The notes under the pieces: generated by a model | Databases searched by the model: none | The model's input: the letters and a program-made list of their open reading frames with translations, nothing else | Told to the model about the DNA's origin: nothing | Position numbers and translations under genes: made by a program | In this document: positions 38,765 to 51,698 of the stretch, in pieces | How the letters are laid out: each line of letters starts with the position of its first letter | Numbering within the stretch: position 1 is the first letter of the stretch | NCBI GenBank assembly: GCA_030390025.1 | Contig: CM059432.1 | Location: 148,244,001-148,308,000 of the forward strand | From: Squalus acanthias | Taxonomy: Eukaryota | Length of the DNA: 64,000 bases | Reading direction: 5' to 3'

Positions 38765-39250
38765 CCAAAAGCAGGTTCACGGACTCCCAGGCCGCCTGCC
38801 TTTTCTGCGGCCTGGAGGAGTCTGATTTCCACATTTACATCGAGCGTGAGAGGTTGCAGCCCCTCTTCCATTATTCGAAGGGGCTGCTCCTCGATTTTTG
38901 GCTGCACTTCAGTCCCACGCTCCTGATCGTTGGTCACCTGGTGCGGAGGGGAGCGGGCAGATCGGGGGACCTCCTCGTGGGACTGCTCCTGGGCCTGCCA
39001 AAGTGGCCAATAACAGGTCCAGGCAGCGGGCGTTCGGCCCAATTGCCTGCCTCTCTTCTGCGGCCACATTCGCGCCCGGGTGGCCCTGGAGACGGAGCAC
39101 GCGGTGTCCGCCGGCATGCTCGAGGCCTTCCGCGACCAGTGAGCACCGCAGGCACTGGAGTGCCTCATCACCCCCCAGTAACCAAATTTCAATTTAATTT
39201 GTTAAGCTTCATTTAATGTTTTATTAGTTACAGTTTATTTGTTTATGGTC
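38765..39250 (+). mobile_element. Tx1/L1-clade LINE 3' fragment
   Basis: ACLFCGLEESDFHIYIERERLQPLF resembles the C-terminal CCHC knuckle. GC-rich coding-like tail followed by a T-rich UTR. Confidence 0.6.
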
Positions 39251-39343
39251 CCCACAAAAGAGTGCACCCTAACCAAATTCAGTCATTTCTAAATTCATCG
39301 TTGTGTATTTTAGGCTTTGCAGTTGCAACACAAGCAACAATCT

Positions 39344-40099
39344 GGGCTGGATTTTGTCTTGGGGTCGGGTTGGGGTCGTGTTACCCGCATTTCGTGTTCC
39401 CCCCCCTGACTCCAGAGTAATGTGGATGAATGATGCAATTTTAACTTAATTGGGCAATTGAGCTCCAGCATGTGGGAACCCATGAACCAATTAGTGGTTT
39501 CAGTCTGAAAGTCGCCTCTGATGATGTCATCATTGCAGGTCAGAGACTGACTGCCTGGTCTCAGAGACTGCCTGGCTTTTGCTGTGAGAGGACCTGGATG
39601 CAAAATGAGCAGCTGAGAGAGAGAGAGAGAGAGAGAGAATTTTTTTCCATCCAGGTCCTCTCACAGCAAAGGCCAGGCAGTCTCTGAAGACATTCAATGC
39701 AGCAGCATCAGAGGCGACTTTCAGACCTAATACTACTACTACCTTCATCACATCTCCGTTGTAATAGTGGACCTGCAGCTGATAGTCAGCTATCCACTTG
39801 TGCTCCCGCCAGGTTTCACTGGAGTGTTTCACATCAGGCGTACTTCATGTCGGAAAAGGGTTAAATTAGCTAAAACGTTTCAAAATGGCATTACAGAGCC
39901 AATTTAGGGCTTGTTAAGGGCTTTAATGGCCTCTCCTGACTCTTGGAGGCGGGATGGAGTCGGGAACCCCACGACCGATTTTGTCAAAATTGCGTGGAGG
40001 CGGGATGGAGTCGGGATGGGGTCGGGACCCCCGACCCCACAACTTTAACCCCCCACATGCCTCCAAACCCGACTCCATGGGTCATTGAAAATCCAGCCC
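39344..40099 (+). mobile_element. Harbinger-type MITE (family M2)
   Basis: TIR GGGCTGGATTTT / AAAATCCAGCCC, internal (GA)n, highly similar to 45375-46137. Confidence 0.85.
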
Positions 40100-40124
40100 A
40101 GAATATTCGCCGGACCTACAGCCG

Positions 40125-40546
40125 CGACTCAGTCGCAACATTCTTCCCTCTTGAGTCAGAAAATTGTGAGTCCAAGCCCTACCCCGGGGATTTCAGCACA
40201 TAAACTAGGCTGGCCCTTAGTGCAGTACTGAGGGAGGTGTTAAGTCGATATCCCACCTGCCCTCTCAGGTGGATGTAAAGGATCGCGTGGCACTATTTTG
40301 AAGAAGAGCAGGGAAATCCTCCCCAGTATCCTGGCCAATATTTATCCCTCAACTAACACCATTAAAACAGATTATCTGGTCGTTTAGCTCATTGCTGTTT
40401 GCGGGGTCTTGCTGTGCGCAAATTGGCTGCCACGCTTCTCTACATTACAACAGTGACTACACTCCAAAAACACTTCATTGTCTGTAAAGTGCATTGGGAT
40501 GGCCTGAGGTCATGAAATGCATTATATAAATGCAAGTTCTTTCTTT
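40125..40546 (+). mobile_element. Deu-domain SINE
   Basis: Same core and tail as the copies at 7075 and 58069. Confidence 0.75.
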
Positions 40547-40856
40547 AGGATATGGCAAAGCTCGTATCCCGCTTTCAATCAAGCTCCTTGGCCCTGATAT
40601 TAACTCGGAGACGCGTTGTGAGCAGGCGGGTCCGATAGCGCCTGGGGAAACTGAAGAAAGTTCAGCGCATCTGCCAGTGGCTTTTTAACTCAGCCAGCTC
40701 GTTAGCATTTTACTTCCGGGTTTGTCACCCAATGCGCGGCAGCGGGCGTGATGAGGACCCGCATGATGTGATCCCAACTCCAGTAGTTAAAGGACCAATC
40801 TAGAGATGGGATTTAGAGGAGTTGGAGTTGGAAGCAAGAGAAGACAAGGTCGGGCA

Positions 40857-42092
40857 ATGGAATCCAGGCGGGCAATGGCTGTGCCGCTGTTGATGTGCTG
40901 CTGGGGTCAGTGAGGAGCCGCAGAGGGTTACTCTTCCCCAGCAATGGGAGGAAGAAACCTGCTGACACCAAGAAGGCATGGCCGGAGGTGGCCCAGGAGG
41001 TCAGCAGCAGGAGCGAAGAGCCACGCTCCTGGATTCAGTGCAGGAAGCGCTTTAATGACCTAACCAGGTCAGGAAAGGTGAGTACAGTTGCACATTCACC
41101 TACATCCTGCTGTGCACATCACCCCACCCCCTCACTCTGCCTTCTCAAGCCTACTCCATCACATCACGCCTCACACTCACTTACCTTGCATGCGCACTTA
41201 TCATTCTTGTTCTATGCCCTTCCTCACATCCCCATCTATCCATCCACCACTCCGACTCACCCTCATCCTTATGCAATTTCATGGCTCTCCCTGATAGTCA
41301 CCCTCACCAAATGCGCTGCATTCATCAGGTGAACACATGACATTACAGTCACTTATAGGACTGTCCTTTCCCCCGTTGCTGGAGAAGAGTGCACAGAACA
41401 CTAGGGAGAGGACCGGAGGTGATCCTCCACAGATTTCCCAGCTCACAATTGCAGAGGAGGTGACACTGGAGATCAGTGGCGTTTCGGCGTCCTTGGCCTT
41501 CGGAGATGAGTAGACAGGGACCTCCCAGCTACCTGGTGACACAATTAAATATCAGCGACCCACATGTCATACGGCACTCAGTTATTTTTACTTGATTTCA
41601 ACAGTGAGTGAGATATGATCATCTTTATAATGATAAGTTGCAACATTCTCACTTGCCAGTACTCATTCATATCTTTCATTTCCGACAGGGCCCTCACGCG
41701 TGCAGTAGCAGTCACTGGAGGTCATGAACGATGATTGCTCTGAGGAGCTGAATCCTTCCGAGGTTGCGCCATTACAGGAATCAATCAGCAGCTCAGATAC
41801 TCACACTTCAGTGGGGCCAGTTAGACAGATAGTTGGGTTTTCACCTGGCGACACAAGTGAGCAAGAGCAGATGGTGGTGGCGGGGACAGCAGTGGAGAGT
41901 CCGCGTCGGAGGACGCAGCCCTCTCTGAGCTCTGCTCAGCTGGACACAGATGCTGTACCCTGGGGGCCATTGATTAAAAGGAGAATCGTTGAGGAGCAGC
42001 AGAGAATGTGCAATGTACTGGCAGGCCTTCCACGCACACTGAATACGATTGCAGAGAGAATGGAGGAGTCTGCCTCAAACATGGTGAGGTGA
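40857..42092 (+). pseudogene. Harbinger Myb/SANT-like gene, decayed, apparently 3 exons
   Basis: KKAWPEVAQEVSSRSEEPRSWIQCRKRFNDLTRSGK then GTGAGT. Later segments (RERTGG, RIVEEQQRM...ERMEES) parallel the 12886-19221 gene. Confidence 0.75.
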
Positions 42093-42253
42093 TTTCACAG
42101 GGCATTATGACAATGTCTTCTTGCATGGCAAGTTACCTGTTAACTTGTGTGATGTTGAATGGGAAGACTGAATTGACAGGGTCAAATGGGGGGATGTGCA
42201 AGGGGTCGTGGGTTATTTGCAGGACTGTTTTGTGTCAGTGGCATTGGGGGTGG

Positions 42254-43700
42254 GAACATAGAACATAGAAACATAGAACAGTACAGCACAGTACAGGCCC
42301 TTCGGCCCTCGATGTTGTGCCGAGCATTGTCCGAGACCAAGATCAAGCTATCACACTCCCTATCACTCTGGTGTGCTCCATGTGCTTATCCAATAACCGC
42401 TTGAAAGTTCCTAAAGTGTCCGACTCCACTATCACAGCAGGCAGTCCATTCCACACCCCAACCACTCTCTGAGTAAAGAATCTACCTCGGACATCCCTTC
42501 TATATCTCCCCCCATGCACCTTATAGTTATGCCCCCTTGTAACAGCTGCCTCTACCCGAGGAAATAGTCTCTGAACATCCACTCTATCTATCCCCCTCAT
42601 CATCTTATAAACCTCTATTAAGTCGCCTCTCATCCTCCTCCGCTCTAAAGAGAAAAGCCCCAACTCCCTCAATCTTTCCTCATAAGACCTCCCCCCCAAA
42701 CCAGGCAGCATCCTGGTAAATCTCCTTTGCACTCTTTCCAATGCTTCTACATCCTTCCTATAGTGAGGTGACCAGAACTGCACACAATATTCCAAATGTG
42801 GTCTCACCAAGGTCCTGTACAGTTGCAGCATAACCTCACGGTTCTTAAACTCAAACCCTCTGTTAATAAACGCTAACACACAATAGGCCTTCTTTACTGC
42901 TCTATCCACTTGAGTGGCAACCTTCAGAGATCTGTGGATATGAACCCCCAGATCCCTCTGCTCCTCCACGTTCCTCAGAACCCTGCCGTTGACCCTGTAA
43001 TCCTTATTCAAATTTGCCCTACCAAAATGAATCACCTCGCACTTATCAGGGTTAAATTCCATCTGCCATTTTTCGGCCCAGCTCTGCATCCTATCAATGT
43101 CTCTTTGCAGCCTACAACTGCCCTCCACCTCATCCACTACTCCACCAATCTTGGTGTCATCAGCAAATTTACTGATCCACCCTTCAGTCCCCTCCTCCAA
43201 GTCATTGATAAAAATCACAAACAGCAGAGGACCCAGCACCGACCCCTGTGGCACACCGCTGGTAACTGGTCTCCAGTCCGAAAATGTTCCATCCACCACC
43301 ACCCTCTGCCTTCTATGAGTTAGCCAGTTACTTATCCAATCGGCCAAATTTCCCTCTATCCCACAACTCCTTACTTTCTTCATGAGACGACCATGGGGAA
43401 CCTTATCAAACGCCTTACTAAAATCCATGTATACGACATCAACTGCTCTACCTTCATCTACACACTTAGTTACCTCCTCAAAGAATTCAATCAAATTTGT
43501 TAGGCAAGACTTACCCTTCACGAATCCGTGTTGACTATCCCTGATTAAGTTGCCCCTTTCCAAATGGTCATAAATCCTATCCCTCAGGACCTTTTCCATT
43601 ATCTTACCAACCACCGAAGTAAGACTAACCGGCCTATAATTACCAGGGTCATTCCTATTTCCTTTCTTGAAGAGAGGAACAACATTCGCCACTCTCCAGT
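42254..43700 (-). mobile_element. 5'-truncated CR1 LINE with an uninterrupted RT-to-stop frame
   Basis: ORF 42343-43740 runs from WRVANVVPLFKKG through FADD to the C-terminus with no stops, followed by the tail. Confidence 0.93.
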
Positions 43701-43749
43701 GGAAGAGTGGTCGTTGCAGGTGGTTCTGACATCGGTCCACTGGTGCAAC

Positions 43750-44829
43750 CTAAGTGAACCTTGCATTAATAAAAGCATCCCTGGCATCCCGGGCAGCAAT
43801 GTGAGCAGCTGGTGGTGCATTGCCCTCATCACCTTCCTCTTCCCCGCCTTCCTTCTCTTCCTCCTTGGAATCGTCTGAAGAGGCTCTGTGCTCTGCGCCT
43901 TGTTCCTCCTGCAAGTCCAAACCTTGCTGCTGCACAATGTTGTACAGACGGCCATTCTGGACACTCTCGCTGCTGTGCACTGAAGGGCGCCTCCAGTTCT
44001 GTCCAGGCACCTGAAGCACATCTTCAGCATGCTGATGGCTTGTTCGATCACTCATCTGGTGGTCATATGGCATACACTGTAGCACTGTAGTTCTAACGAA
44101 GGGTCATCGACCTGAAACGTTAACTCTGTTTCTCTCTCCACAGATGCTGCCTGACCTGCTGAGTATTTCCAGCATTTTCTGTTTTAATTTTACATTGTAG
44201 CGCTGTTGGGCTTCATTTGTCGTGTTTCTGATGGGTGTCATCAGCCAAGTTTGAAGTGGGTATCCCTTGTCTCCTAGCAGCCACCCCTTAAATGTGCTTG
44301 AAGGTCCAAAGACGTCAGGGAGTTTGGACTGCTGCAGGATGAATGCATCATAGCAGCTCACCGGGAATCTTGCGCACACCTGCAGAAATATCTTTTTGTG
44401 GTTGGACACCAGCTGCTCAATGATGGAGTGGAAGCCCTTGTGGTTGACGAATACTCCTGGTTGATATGTGGGTGTACAATCGATGATGGCCTGCACCTGT
44501 GGGAAGCCAGCCAGAGACACAAACCCGAGCGCCTGCTCATTCTGACTGGCGTTGTCGCAGGCGAAGTTCACATAATTGCCAGCCCTGGCAAATAACCAAT
44601 CAGACACCTGCCTTATGCATTTGTGGGCTGACGACTGGGAGATCCTGGATACATTTCTGGCAGAGCCCTGGAAAGATCCGGAGGCTAAAAAGTTGAGGGC
44701 GGTGGTGACTTTGCCAACCAGTGGTAACGCATGGCCACCAGGTCCAGCAGGCAGCAGGTCTTCTTCTAGGAGGCTGCCGATGACATGACAACCTGAGCCT
44801 CCTGAAACACTGCCGCTCGGACATAGCAC
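43750..44829 (-). pseudogene. HARBI1-like DDE transposase, disrupted
   Basis: ALNFLASGSFQ, IIDCT, GDKGYPLQTWLMTP, IEQAISMLKMCFRCLD and an acidic tail. Frameshifts and a PLE insertion at 44089-44190. Confidence 0.88.
44089..44190 (+). mobile_element. About 100-bp Penelope-like family B end with a mutated hammerhead (CTAACGA)
   Basis: AGTT-CTAACGA-A-GGGTC-ATC-GACCT-GAAA-CGTT-AACT. 16-bp TSD with 2 mismatches (44073-88, 44191-206). Confidence 0.75.
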
Positions 44830-44891
44830 GGAAACTCAGCCTTTGCCTTTATACCCTTTATTGCAGGTAGTGCCTGCTATCAACTGCACCC

Positions 44892-45130
44892 TTCTGCTGC
44901 TCCCCTCTCTGCTGCTCCCCTCTCTGCTGCTCCCCTCTCTGCTGCTCCCCTCTCTGCTGCTCCCTCTCCGCTGCTCCCCTCTCTGCTGCTCCCTCTCCGC
45001 TGCTCCCCTCTCTGCTGCTCCCCTCTCTGCTGCTCCCCTCTCTGCTGCTCCCCTCTCTGGTGCTGCCCTCTCTGCTGCTCCCCTCTCTGCTGCTCCCTCT
45101 CTGCTGCTCCCCTCTCTGCTGCTGCCCTCT
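44892..45130. repeat. Tandem repeat (CTGCTGCTCCCCTCT)n, 13-15 bp units
   Basis: Directly visible. It produces the LLLPS/AAPLS repeats in ORF 44843-45463. Confidence 0.9.
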
Positions 45131-45642
45131 TTATGGGTAGAATTAAGAAATAGAAATGGGTTTAAGACTGTCGTAGGAGTTGTGTATAGGCCCCCTGGTA
45201 GCAGCGGTGAAGTGGCAGAATGTATAAATGACGAGATTAGACAAGCATGTAGTAAAGGCAGCGTGGTTTTAATGGGGTATTTTAACTTTCATATAGATTG
45301 GGATAAGCAGAACAGCTCATGTCAGAAAGGTAGAAAATTTCTTCAGTGTGTTCAGGATAGTTTCCTGCAACAATGGGCTGGATTTTGTCTTGGGGTCGGG
45401 TTGGGGTCGTGTAATCCGCATTTCGTGTTTCCCTCCCGACTCCAGATTAATGTGGATGCCTGATGCAATTTTCACTTAATTGGGCAATTGAGTTGGAGCA
45501 TGTGGGAACCCATGAACTAATTAGTGTTTTCAGTCTGAAAGTCGCCTCTGATGATGTCATCATTGCTGACTGCCTCGTCTCAGAGACTGTTTGTGTGAGA
45601 GAGGACCTGCCTGGCTTTTGAAATGAGTGGACCTGGATGCAA

Positions 45643-45690
<48 letters not shown>

Positions 45691-46235
45691 TTTCTGCCAA
45701 GCAAGTCCTCTCAGACAGTCTCTGAAGACATTCAATGCAGCAGCATCAGAGGCGACGTTCAGACCTAATACTACTACTACCTTCATCACATCTCCGTTGT
45801 AATAGTGGACCTGCAGCTGATAGTCAGCTATCCACTTGTGCTCCCGCCAGGTTTCACTGGAGTGTTTCACACCAGGCGTGCTTCACGTCAGAAGAGGGTT
45901 AAACTCACTACAGCGTTTCAAAATGGCATTACAGAGCCAATTTAGAGCTTGTTAAGGGCTTTAATGGCCTCTCCCGCCTCTTGAAGGCGGGACGGAGTCG
46001 GGAACCCCGCGACTGATTCTGTCAAAATTGCGTGGAGGTGGGATGGAGTCGGGATGGGGTCGGAAACCCCGACCCCGCAAATTTAACCCCCCACACGCCT
46101 CCAAACCCGACTCCACGGGTCATTCAAAATCCAGCCCAATATGTCCTAGAACCAACAAGTGGGCAGGCCATATTAGAATTTAATAATGAGCAATGAGCCA
46201 GATATGGTTAACAGCCTAACGGTGCGTGAACATTT
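45131..46235 (+). mobile_element. CR1 endonuclease fragment split by a MITE
   Basis: LWVELRN...GVVYRPP...MGYFNF...DSFLQQ, resuming YVLEPT after 46140. Confidence 0.8.
45375..46137 (+). mobile_element. Harbinger-type MITE (family M2)
   Basis: TIR GGGCTGGATTTT / AAAATCCAGCCC, TSD AAT (45372-74, 46138-40). Confidence 0.88.
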
Positions 46236-46805
46236 AACAGGTTAAAATCCGCACCCCGCCCCGCTTGTCTTCAGATCTCACGATGCCTATATTCAGCTTT
46301 CAGCTTTCTCTGGGGGGCAGTGGGAGACACTGTCTGCTTTTGCCAGTTATGTAGATTGGAATGTATGGGAAACACATGTGCAATGATGCAAATGGCAATG
46401 TGATGACATCACTCATCGTGCCTGCGCTCATCAAGCAAAAAATCTTGGACATTTGTTGCTAAAAATGAAAACATCTTTGTGCAACATTTTTTACTGCTGC
46501 ATTTATTGAATGTACTACAGTAAGCATGCTTCCAGTGAGTAGAGAACATGGCATCTTTTTAAGGGAAGATTAGATAGCCATTTGAAGCAGAGCAAGATAC
46601 AAAGGTATGGGGAGGGCACGGGCAGCGGGATTAACTTTAGATTGCTCGAGTAAAGAGATGGCACAAACACAATGGTCCAAATGGCCTCCTTCTGTGCTGT
46701 AAATGTCTGTCGCTCCATGGTAAACATAGCTGTGAAACCAAGCTTTTGGAGCAGGCTGTTTCATGTATTGAACACATCTGAAAAAAAACCAGAAATGATA
46801 TTACA

Positions 46806-47010
46806 GGAGCGGTCTTCCTGAATCTGCACCCAAATGCATTGGCTCGCCTAGGCGCAGTGAATATCGGAAAAGTGGATGGGTCAAAGTGCAGTAATAGAGG
46901 AAAATATAGTGGGTTCCTTCACAGTTGGCGCTCCGACCCACCCACTTTTCTGATATTCACTGCGCTCAGGAGGCTCATCGCACCTGGGCACAGACCCAGA
47001 AAAATCGCCT
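46806..47010. mobile_element. Small palindromic MITE (about 205-bp hairpin)
   Basis: GCGCAGTGAATATCGGAAAAGTGGATGGGTC pairs with GACCCACCCACTTTTCTGATATTCACTGCGC. Confidence 0.7.
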
Positions 47011-48035
47011 CTTACTTCTTTTAGCAAGAACTCAGCACTCAAAATGCAGCACATTCCCATTTTAATGTTAATTACATTTATTCAACAATTTCCTTCCTAT
47101 TTTCCAGAATTTGAGTGAAGTAAAACAAAATATCATTGGGCATTTAAAGCAACCCTTACATCAGGGTAACACACAGTGAAAGTGCAAAGCTATTGTGGAA
47201 TAATAATTTGAACTTTAATTTTTTTCAGATGAAATCATGTGTTTGTAATTAACTCTGTTCCCAGGCAGTTGCCAAGCAAAGTCATGTTGTTATATTTGGT
47301 AGGGTGATCTCACTCACATGCTATTAATGCAGCAATTTGGAGGTTTAACATTGCTCTTAGGCAACACTTCCACAGACAGGATGTGCCTTCTTTTCATTCA
47401 ACTCAACAGCTGTTCTCTATCAAACTCTCTCTCTCCCCGTTCTAAAAGACATTAACATGAACACCATAAATGGCTAAAAAAGGCAATTGTTTTCACTTCC
47501 TGTCATTACACATGGGCAGTCAGGTTGTCCATTTCAGGGGGTCCTCTCAGAAGTGGTGGGAGATCTTGACCTGCCTCAGGAGATCCCTCGTCTCATAGAA
47601 TGTGCAGCGCAAACCAAAGAATTGGGTCACTAAGAAAGGTCACTCACTGGAACCAGTGTAATGTGTCCTTTGCTCAACACTCCTTCGTCAATGTCTGTGT
47701 TTCTACAATCTGCCCTTGCCTTGGAGGTTTTGAAAGATCTCAAATAAAGTGAGCAGGAGGAATGGGGGAGGGGGGGTCTACAGAGGTGAGGCTGAGGTGA
47801 TTTTTCTACAATTACTTGGGGTCTCAGCTCCAAACTTAACGAGCCCACTTCCTGTCAGAAAATGTTGTGCTTGTCACTTAAAGTTCTTGCCATTCGCATC
47901 CTGATTATTTAAATTTTCTAAGTAATCTCAGTTATTTCTCACGCACTAGTTTAATGAAAGCTATTGTGAAGTGCATGACTGGTGGGCAGTGGTGAATATC
48001 AACATGCATGACTCGTGGTGGACTTGTGGCTTAAC

Positions 48036-48769
48036 GGCCCGTATATTCCGATCCCTACGGGTGTCTACGCGCTGTGTACACACCTGTAGGGACATCGGAA
48101 ATGCCGGTTTCAGGCATGCAAAGCGCACGCGCTGAAAACCGGTATTTCTGATCTGTCAAGAATGCTCTTGACAGATCGGACGCCTGCCCTGGAGAAGGGC
48201 CTCTGCGGGCGGATAGTGCCGCTTTCTGGAGAACCTCCGCCCGCTGAAAACACTTAAAAATCTTACACCTGGTAAAAGCACGCGTAAGGCCTGCTTTTAC
48301 CAGCGTAAGAGTTGAAAAAAGTTAAAAAAAAAATGTTTCACTCATTTATAATTTAAAAATATTTTTTTAAAAGGTAAAAAACTTTAATTATTTTTTTCAA
48401 AAAATTAAATTTTTGTTTAAAATATTTAATTTATTGTAATTTCAACTAATTTTATAAGTGTGAATTTTAAAATTTTATTTAATGTTTTAGTGTGTTTTTG
48501 GGGTGATCTCCATTCATATATTTGACGGGTCTATCTGTCAAAAGTATGAAGGTTGATTCCTTCTCCTATTGGCTGGCCTGGCCCACGTGATCCCAGGGAC
48601 GCTTGCGAACTGCCTGCGCCCCGGGATACGTGGGCCCTGCGCATTTCGACTGTGGAGAGGCCCAGGAGCGGAAGTGTCCGGACCTCGGGAACCCTCAGGT
48701 AAGGGCGTAGATTTTTTCCAGATCGGAGGCCTCCGCACACAGGAAGCCTCCGATCGGAAAATACGGCCC
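48036..48769 (+). mobile_element. Harbinger-type MITE related to family M1
   Basis: Termini GGCCCGTATATTCCGATC / GATCGGAAAATACGGCCC. AT-rich core and GTGATCCCAG motif as in 1529-2292. Confidence 0.75.
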
Positions 48770-49550
48770 ATTGTGAGCACATCGGTCCAAAGTCGCTTGG
48801 TGTGTATAAAGCAATGAGCACATCCACTGCCATTCCTGGTCTCAGTAAAAATACCTGAAACTCAAATTAACAGCTTGAAATTTTCCACTAGGCTGTGCGG
48901 GGGCATCTAAGTAAAGTATTGCGTGCACTTCGTTTATTGTTCTGATATATAAAGTGATTGGTAATCATTTATTTGGGGGTCCAGATGGCAGCATGAAGCA
49001 CAACAACAGCAACAACTCAGTGGTTTACAGAAGGCATCTAAACCCTCCAATTAAACTGCAGCATTCGACTCAGTATTTTATCTGCCTGGAGCATGAATCA
49101 GCAAAAAAGGACCTCATCAAGTGAATATTGCATTTGGGTTGCATGTACATTATGAAATGGAAGTTCCCTACAATGTGAGTGGATTTTAGGTTTGAATCAC
49201 AATCCCTAGACAGTATCTGCAGCTGGTGTTGCTGCCGAGTCAGGCCAGCACTTCACATAGAAAGGTAATGAATGAAAAGCATAAATGTTATTTTTAAAAT
49301 TGCATGAGATGCACAATTCCAGTCCATAAACCTTCCAGCCTATTGTCATGGTTTTGAGTCACATTTTTTGATTAACATTTACTTTTGTAAATTTCTACAA
49401 CGACATTTCCCATTCAATTTTGCTATGTCAACTGTCACATTGTAGTTGCAAGGTCTGGCCACTAGATATCTTTGTGGGATGAGTTTCTGAAGATTCTCCC
49501 CCAACTCTGTTATGATCTTGTTATGTAAATTTTTTTTATATTATGTACAG

Positions 49551-49587
<37 letters not shown>

Positions 49588-49656
49588 TATCTCTATCGAT
49601 ATATGTATATATATATAGATATATATATATATTGATATAGATATAGATATAGATGT

Positions 49657-49878
49657 ACAAAAGCAAAATACTGCGGATGCTGGAAATCTGAAATAAAAAC
49701 AGAAAATGCTGGAAATACTCAGCAGGTCAGGCAGCATCTGTGGAGAGAGAAACAGAGTTAACGTTTCAGGTCGATGACCCTTCGTCAGAACTGGAAAAAG
49801 TTGGAGATGGGACAGGTTTTTAAGCAAGTGTAGGGGCAGGGAGAGGGGGGAGTTGAGGAAAGAACAAAAGGGAAGGTC
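49657..49878 (-). mobile_element. Penelope-like family B end inserted in an AT/GA microsatellite
   Basis: Nearly identical to 61420-61603. ATATTGATATAGATATAGATATA is repeated on both flanks (49629-51, 49879-901). Confidence 0.8.
49756..49792 (-). ncRNA. Minimal type-I hammerhead ribozyme motif (family B)
   Basis: Minus strand AGTT-CTGACGA-A-GGGTC-ATC-GACCT-GAAA-CG-TT-AACT: helix I AGTT/AACT, palindromic ACGT helix III. Confidence 0.78.
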
Positions 49879-50119
49879 ATATTGATATAGATATAGATAT
49901 ATATATATTCATCAACTGGTGTCAGCCTTGGCTCAGTGGTAGCATTCTCACCTCTGAAGTCAGAAGGTTGTGTGTTCAGGACTTGAGCAGAGAATCTAGT
50001 TTGAACATATAGCCTTACAAGTTCCATAAATTAACAGCACCTTTTAATGATTGTCAGCTCTGATGCAGTCCACCGTGCAGGCGAGAGCTCGCACTAAAAA
50101 GTAAATTTACTCAAATACA

Positions 50120-51698
50120 TAATATTGCAGGCAGCAGAAGTACTTCCATTTACACCTGATCCTGGGCATGTTCAGGAATTTCAAGGAAGGCAGACCACAG
50201 GCCCTGTGGAAGGCGGTGGCCTTGGCAGTGAGTGCCACCTGAAGCCACCTCTCCACAGCTACTTCATGCCGGAAAAAGTTACTGATCTCTCCATAGTAAC
50301 AGGACACAGGAGGCAGTCATACCTTGTAGCAATGCACTGCAATAAGCATGTATCCGAGTTACAGCTATCCTACCCTCACTACATCGAACACCATCTGCAC
50401 TTCATCACCTATGTTCAGGAGGTACTACAATACCTTCCTTCACCTACATGTTCTTTACTCACAGCTGAACATGTAGAGAAGCAGTGGATGACTCACATGA
50501 ATGGTGTTTCACTGCCAGCACCTATTCTCACTCCCACGCCTTCTGAAACCTGGGCTCCATTCCATATGATAGCACATATTGGCTCTTCAATCTTTCCAAT
50601 TCCTTCTTAAAAGGGAAATGGCCCACAACCAAAGACAAGGAAGAGCCAGCTCAAATCTCCAAGACTCCCGCTGCAAATCTTCAACCAGTCATCTCAGAAC
50701 CTTCTTCCACTGTAGGAGAAGTAGGAGTCTAAGACTGAAAGGGCACACAAGAGTAGGCACCAAGGGGGCATAAAGTGGTCATAAGCAGTCGCTAGGTTGC
50801 CAGATTTGTTTAGAGTGACATGTTTTAGTCATTGAATGGATATGCAAAATTGATTTGTGACAAAGAGGGCAAACGCCTGTACGAAGGAGCAGCAGAATGA
50901 TTTCCAAAAGGGAGCGTCGGTAGCTGTGGAAGAGAGTTACACATCAGCGAGTGACTGAGTTGAGTTTTTTGGTCAAAGGAAGACCATGATGTCAGGACTC
51001 ACTTGGCGGTGGGCTCGGATCTTAGTCAGTTGAAGGTCTCCCTGATACGATGCACCCACAGCTGCTCATAGCTAGCATTAACTCATGAGGGAGGCGCAGC
51101 CGTCTGAAGCATTGCCAAGGGCTCACGGTGAAGTAACGAAGCCTGGATGAGCAGCGGGTAAGGGTCGAAGGCCATTTGCAATGCCTGTTCTGCCTGGAAT
51201 CTCTCTGTTGGTTCTGCTGATCAACCTCTGCTTCCTTATGACAGCAGAGGAACAGGTGGAGGCCAATGGGAGCCACCATTAGTGCCCAAGCCTCAGTCCA
51301 CAAGACTAAACTTTTAAAAATACTTTATAGGAACTAAAAAAACGAAGAGATTTCAGTTAATATAAAAATGTTAAAGGCTTACCTGCAGGTTTCTTCCAAA
51401 TCCCTTGTTGCTTTTAACTCTGGAGCAACTCTGGTCCACTGCACGTAGGCCCCTAAATCTAGTCTGTTGAGGTGCTGTTCATGGCTGGCAGCCACTGGGC
51501 AGCAGGAGAGTGAAATGAGGCATTTCAGCAAACACTGCCCACCCCCTCGCCTGTCATTTGGATGCAACAGGGTGAAAGAAGCATTGCTTGCTACAGATAG
51601 GTTTTTGGGGATGGGGATCCAACATTGGGTCTCACTGTCCACTTTTCCTCTCTCGTTATGTCCAAACGTAGGCGCCAAAATGGAGGAAAATCCAGCCC
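50120..51698. mobile_element. Highly decayed Harbinger remnant
   Basis: Plus-strand LWKAVALAVSA...CRKK Myb-like trace (about 50200-50290), minus-strand transposase N-terminus trace (QCFRRLRL, 51022-51280), right terminus AAAATCCAGCCC. Confidence 0.5.

Larger units (their letters stand above)
40589..44842. mobile_element. Decayed PIF/Harbinger transposon (right end not found)
   Basis: Left terminus GGCCCTGATATTAAC. Myb gene on plus and transposase on minus, convergent. Confidence 0.75.

Noticed and set aside
39341..40102. MITE flanked by TCT/AGA, an inverted rather than direct duplication
   Set aside because: Three bases at one site are too little to distinguish from mutation or chance.
44843..45463. 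206-aa ORF
   Set aside because: Chance fusion of a tandem repeat, a CR1 endonuclease fragment and a MITE end.
50057..50092. Hammerhead-like CTGATGCAGTCC...GGCGAGAGCT
   Set aside because: The core boxes are not CUGANGA/GAAA, helix II is poor, and no related copies are seen.
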